Positions 18,033 to 20,000 of a stretch of DNA of 20,000 bases are shown here, one piece after another. The stretch lies in the IMG/VR virus record IMGVR_UViG_3300020469_000030; one strand, given 5' to 3'. Below the pieces are notes generated by a model. It was not told the origin of the DNA. It did not search any database and saw only the letters and a list, made by a program, of their open reading frames with translations. A program made the translations under genes and the position numbers. Origin of the DNA: an uncultured virus (IMG/VR IMGVR_UViG_3300020469_000030) (taxonomy: Duplodnaviria > Heunggongvirae > Uroviricota > Caudoviricetes). Positions within the stretch are counted from its first letter, which is position 1; every line of letters starts with the position of its first letter.

Positions 18033-18488
18033 TTAAGCTACTTTAGAAGTTGTTGCGTAAGTCGGATAATCTTTATTGTAGTTGTTAGTAAAGCCAACCA
18101 TCTCATGCTCTATAGCTGGTACCATACCCGCTTCATGCATCTCTTGATACAACTCATGCATTCTCCAGTTTTCAGCTAACTCTAACTCTTTACGGATTTC
18201 GCTAAATACTTCTAGTACATCGAACCCTGAACCAAACCCTGAATAGCAAATAGCTTTCTGAAATTGCTCAACTGTAAATGTCTTAAATTTATCATCTTTA
18301 TGACTTGCCCAATCAGCACTCTCCCACTTACAGTAAAAGAGATCATTCCATATATCAGTAGCAACATTACTAATATTAATCTTCATAACATTAGCAACAT
18401 GGTCGTTGTGATCATACATTTGTTTAGAGTGAGGTTTTGTGATTTCGATTCCGTATTGGAAGGTTGGAGTTTTTTTAGCTCTTGCCAT
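18033..18488 (-). CDS. Hypothetical protein (151 aa), probably early
   Basis: First gene after a sigma70-like promoter; A-rich leader lacking an SD sequence. Confidence 0.8.
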   Translation of the reverse strand: MARAKKTPTFQYGIEITKPHSKQMYDHNDHVANVMKINISNVATDIWNDLFYCKWESADWASHKDDKFKTFTVEQFQKAICYSGFGSGFDVLEVFSEIRKELELAENWRMHELYQEMHEAGMVPAIEHEMVGFTNNYNKDYPTYATTSKVA

Positions 18489-18536
18489 AATTTGTTATTT
18501 AGTAATTCTTAATTGTTATCTCTTATTTACTTCATA

Positions 18537-18565
18537 AATATACGAACAAAAACTCAGGGAGGCAA
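18537..18565 (-). promoter_or_regulatory. Sigma70-like promoter TTGCCT-N17-TATATT
   Basis: Exact 17-nt spacer; the -10 box extends into ATATTTAT (18534-18541). Confidence 0.6.
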
Positions 18566-18585
18566 CTGTTTGCACAGTTATTTTT

Positions 18586-18593
18586 ATATTTAT
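18586..18593 (+). promoter_or_regulatory. Putative late promoter ATATTTAT (plus strand)
   Basis: 16 nt upstream of ATG 18610, on that gene's coding strand. Confidence 0.5.
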
Positions 18594-18609
18594 TTTTAGG
18601 AGGTAGAGT

Positions 18610-18918
18610 ATGAAATACATTTTGTTTTTTCTATTCTGTATAACTACATCACTACCTCTCCACGGTCAAGTAGTACCGGTAGATAAATTAGTACACACTT
18701 CAGGGTGCTATTTTATCTCAACCGCAACTTATTCATTAACTTACAAATTAACACAAGATCGTCGTAAAGCGACAATCTACGGTTTTACTGCAGCGGTTGC
18801 GGTAGGCATTGCAAAGGAATTATATGATATTAATCATGGTAATCCACAGTGGGGAGATATAGCAGCTGATGTTACAGGTGCTGCTATTGGTGTTACTGTA
18901 CTTCGAATCAATTTTTAA
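18610..18918 (+). CDS. YfiM/VanZ-like membrane protein with signal peptide (102 aa)
   Basis: AGGAGG RBS; DKLVH...GIAKELYD...WGDIAADVTG motif pattern. Only credible plus-strand gene. Confidence 0.75.
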   Translation: MKYILFFLFCITTSLPLHGQVVPVDKLVHTSGCYFISTATYSLTYKLTQDRRKATIYGFTAAVAVGIAKELYDINHGNPQWGDIAADVTGAAIGVTVLRINF

Positions 18919-18998
18919 GAGATTGAAGACAGCGTATAAACTAAAATTAAAATTCCTATATATAGGAATGATGATATTTCTATGCGCTTTTTTTCCAT
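18915..18998 (-). CDS. Putative 27-aa single-TM peptide (MEKKRIEISSFLYIGILILVYTLSSIS)
   Basis: Translated by hand. Basic N-terminus plus hydrophobic helix; ATATTTATA at 19002-19010 lies just upstream; no SD sequence. Confidence 0.45.
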   Translation of the reverse strand: MEKKRIEISSFLYIGILILVYTLSSIS

Positions 18999-19042
18999 GT
19001 TTATAAATATATATTAAACATATGTACCAGTTTAAGAGAAGT

Positions 19043-19192
19043 TTAAGAAATCTCTAAGCCTAGATTAAATATCATAAACCTGAAATACTTTCTCTCAGCA
19101 ATTAACTCAAATAATGTAAACGTTCCGATACGAATAGTAACCTCATAGCGCTCTTTCTTATTACTTGTTCTAAATCCATTAATCCAATTCAT
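19043..19192 (-). CDS. Hypothetical protein (49 aa, MNWINGFRTSNKKERYEVTIRIGTFTLFELIAERKYFRFMIFNLGLEIS)
   Basis: Translated by hand; starts 3 nt after the nuclease stop with AAGGA upstream and fills the gap. Confidence 0.7.
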   Translation of the reverse strand: MNWINGFRTSNKKERYEVTIRIGTFTLFELIAERKYFRFMIFNLGLEIS

Positions 19193-19195
19193 AGC

Positions 19196-19585
19196 TTATC
19201 CTTTAAATATTTGCTTCTTACCACCATGATATGTATATGCATGACCTTCTGCTTTAAGAGTTTCATTTATATTATACTGCTTACCTTCTGAATCTTCTAT
19301 AAAGATCTCTCCTAGCACTCTACCATACTTACCAACGCCATGTGACTTGAGACGGAAGTAGCCTGATTTAGAACTTACCTTCTCTAATAATTCTTGATTA
19401 CGGTATTTAGCAGCCATTCCTTTAGCTTTCTCATCTAGATCTCTAGTTCGTGATTCCCATGTATCAATTCCCATATATCGTATACGCTTCTTAACCCATA
19501 TATCGAATCCAACATCTATTAATGCGTCGATAGTATCACCATCTACAACTCGTTCTAATTTACCTCTATAAACATATTTATCCAT
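19196..19585 (-). CDS. Thermonuclease (SNase-like) family nuclease (129 aa)
   Basis: RVVDGDTID...RIRYMGIDTWE...GKYGRVLG...INETLKAEGHA are SNase-fold catalytic motifs. Confidence 0.9.
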   Translation of the reverse strand: MDKYVYRGKLERVVDGDTIDALIDVGFDIWVKKRIRYMGIDTWESRTRDLDEKAKGMAAKYRNQELLEKVSSKSGYFRLKSHGVGKYGRVLGEIFIEDSEGKQYNINETLKAEGHAYTYHGGKKQIFKG

Positions 19586-20000
19586 TGAGTCTCCTCTTTA
19601 CTTTTTCCCAATAACGTTTCGTACATAACTTCTGTAAACCTTTGGGACCACCATTCCAGCATCGTGCTTTCTCTTCCGGTGTTGTTAAATTATAATGCTT
19701 ACAATAAATATCAAACATCTCAATAGATGACTGTCTATTCCATCTATCTTTATAACTATATCTAATATCAGAACCATTACGTCGTAATATACGATTAACA
19801 TCTCTAACCATAGTGCGACGTATCTGAAGACAACCTACAGCATCTTCTATAACACGATGTGCATCATCCCTACCTTCACTCTCTACTGATATGATAGCTT
19901 GTAGTACCTGTTCGTTAGATATAGTATCAATAGTAATAGCGGGTAAGTCGATTGCTTGACCCGGGTCGTCGTTTGGTGCGATTGCGGCCGTGAGCGGGAC
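19578..20000 (-). CDS. Lysozyme-like/lytic transglycosylase protein (partial; start beyond the window end)
   Basis: Frame is open to base 20000, longer than the tracked 77 aa: ...QAIISVESEG...DAVGCLQI...ARCWNGGPKG...YWEKV, carrying catalytic ES and GxxQI motifs. Confidence 0.82.
   Translation of the reverse strand, partial: VPLTAAIAPNDDPGQAIDLPAITIDTISNEQVLQAIISVESEGRDDAHRVIEDAVGCLQIRRTMVRDVNRILRRNGSDIRYSYKDRWNRQSSIEMFDIYCKHYNLTTPEEKARCWNGGPKGLQKLCTKRYWEKVKRRLNG

Noticed and set aside
7012..18512. Plus-strand ORFs at 7012, 8146, 11477, 13342, 14322, 15067 and 18264
   Set aside because: All lie antisense to convincing genes and lack motifs or initiation signals.
1..20000. Stop-codon reassignment, CRISPR array, DGR repeats, introns or inteins
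   Set aside because: Genes tile densely under the standard code and TAG is used as a real stop. No spaced repeats, reverse transcriptase or interrupted genes were seen by eye.

Overview
AT-rich, gene-dense segment of a large tailed phage with a contractile-tail (myovirus-like) baseplate. It reads with the standard genetic code and almost entirely on the minus strand. Bases 1-12433 are a late virion module: a partial LamG-like protein, tail/baseplate proteins, gp6-like and gp25-like wedge proteins and a spike-like protein. An intrinsic terminator at about 12460-12492 separates it from an accessory/regulatory region. That region carries a gp55-like sigma factor, an HD phosphohydrolase, hsp20, many small hypotheticals, a lone plus-strand YfiM-like membrane gene, an SNase-like nuclease and a partial lysozyme-like gene. 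The most striking unexplained structure is a long-range inverted repeat (16 bp perfect, 22 bp with a 2-nt bulge) that brackets only hsp20. There are also two putative promoter classes (coding-strand ATATTTAT, and AGTTG-N20-TATATT) and a 24-bp inverted repeat straddling one promoter. No tRNA, rRNA, CRISPR array or transposase was seen. All product calls come from motifs recognised by eye, not from database searches.
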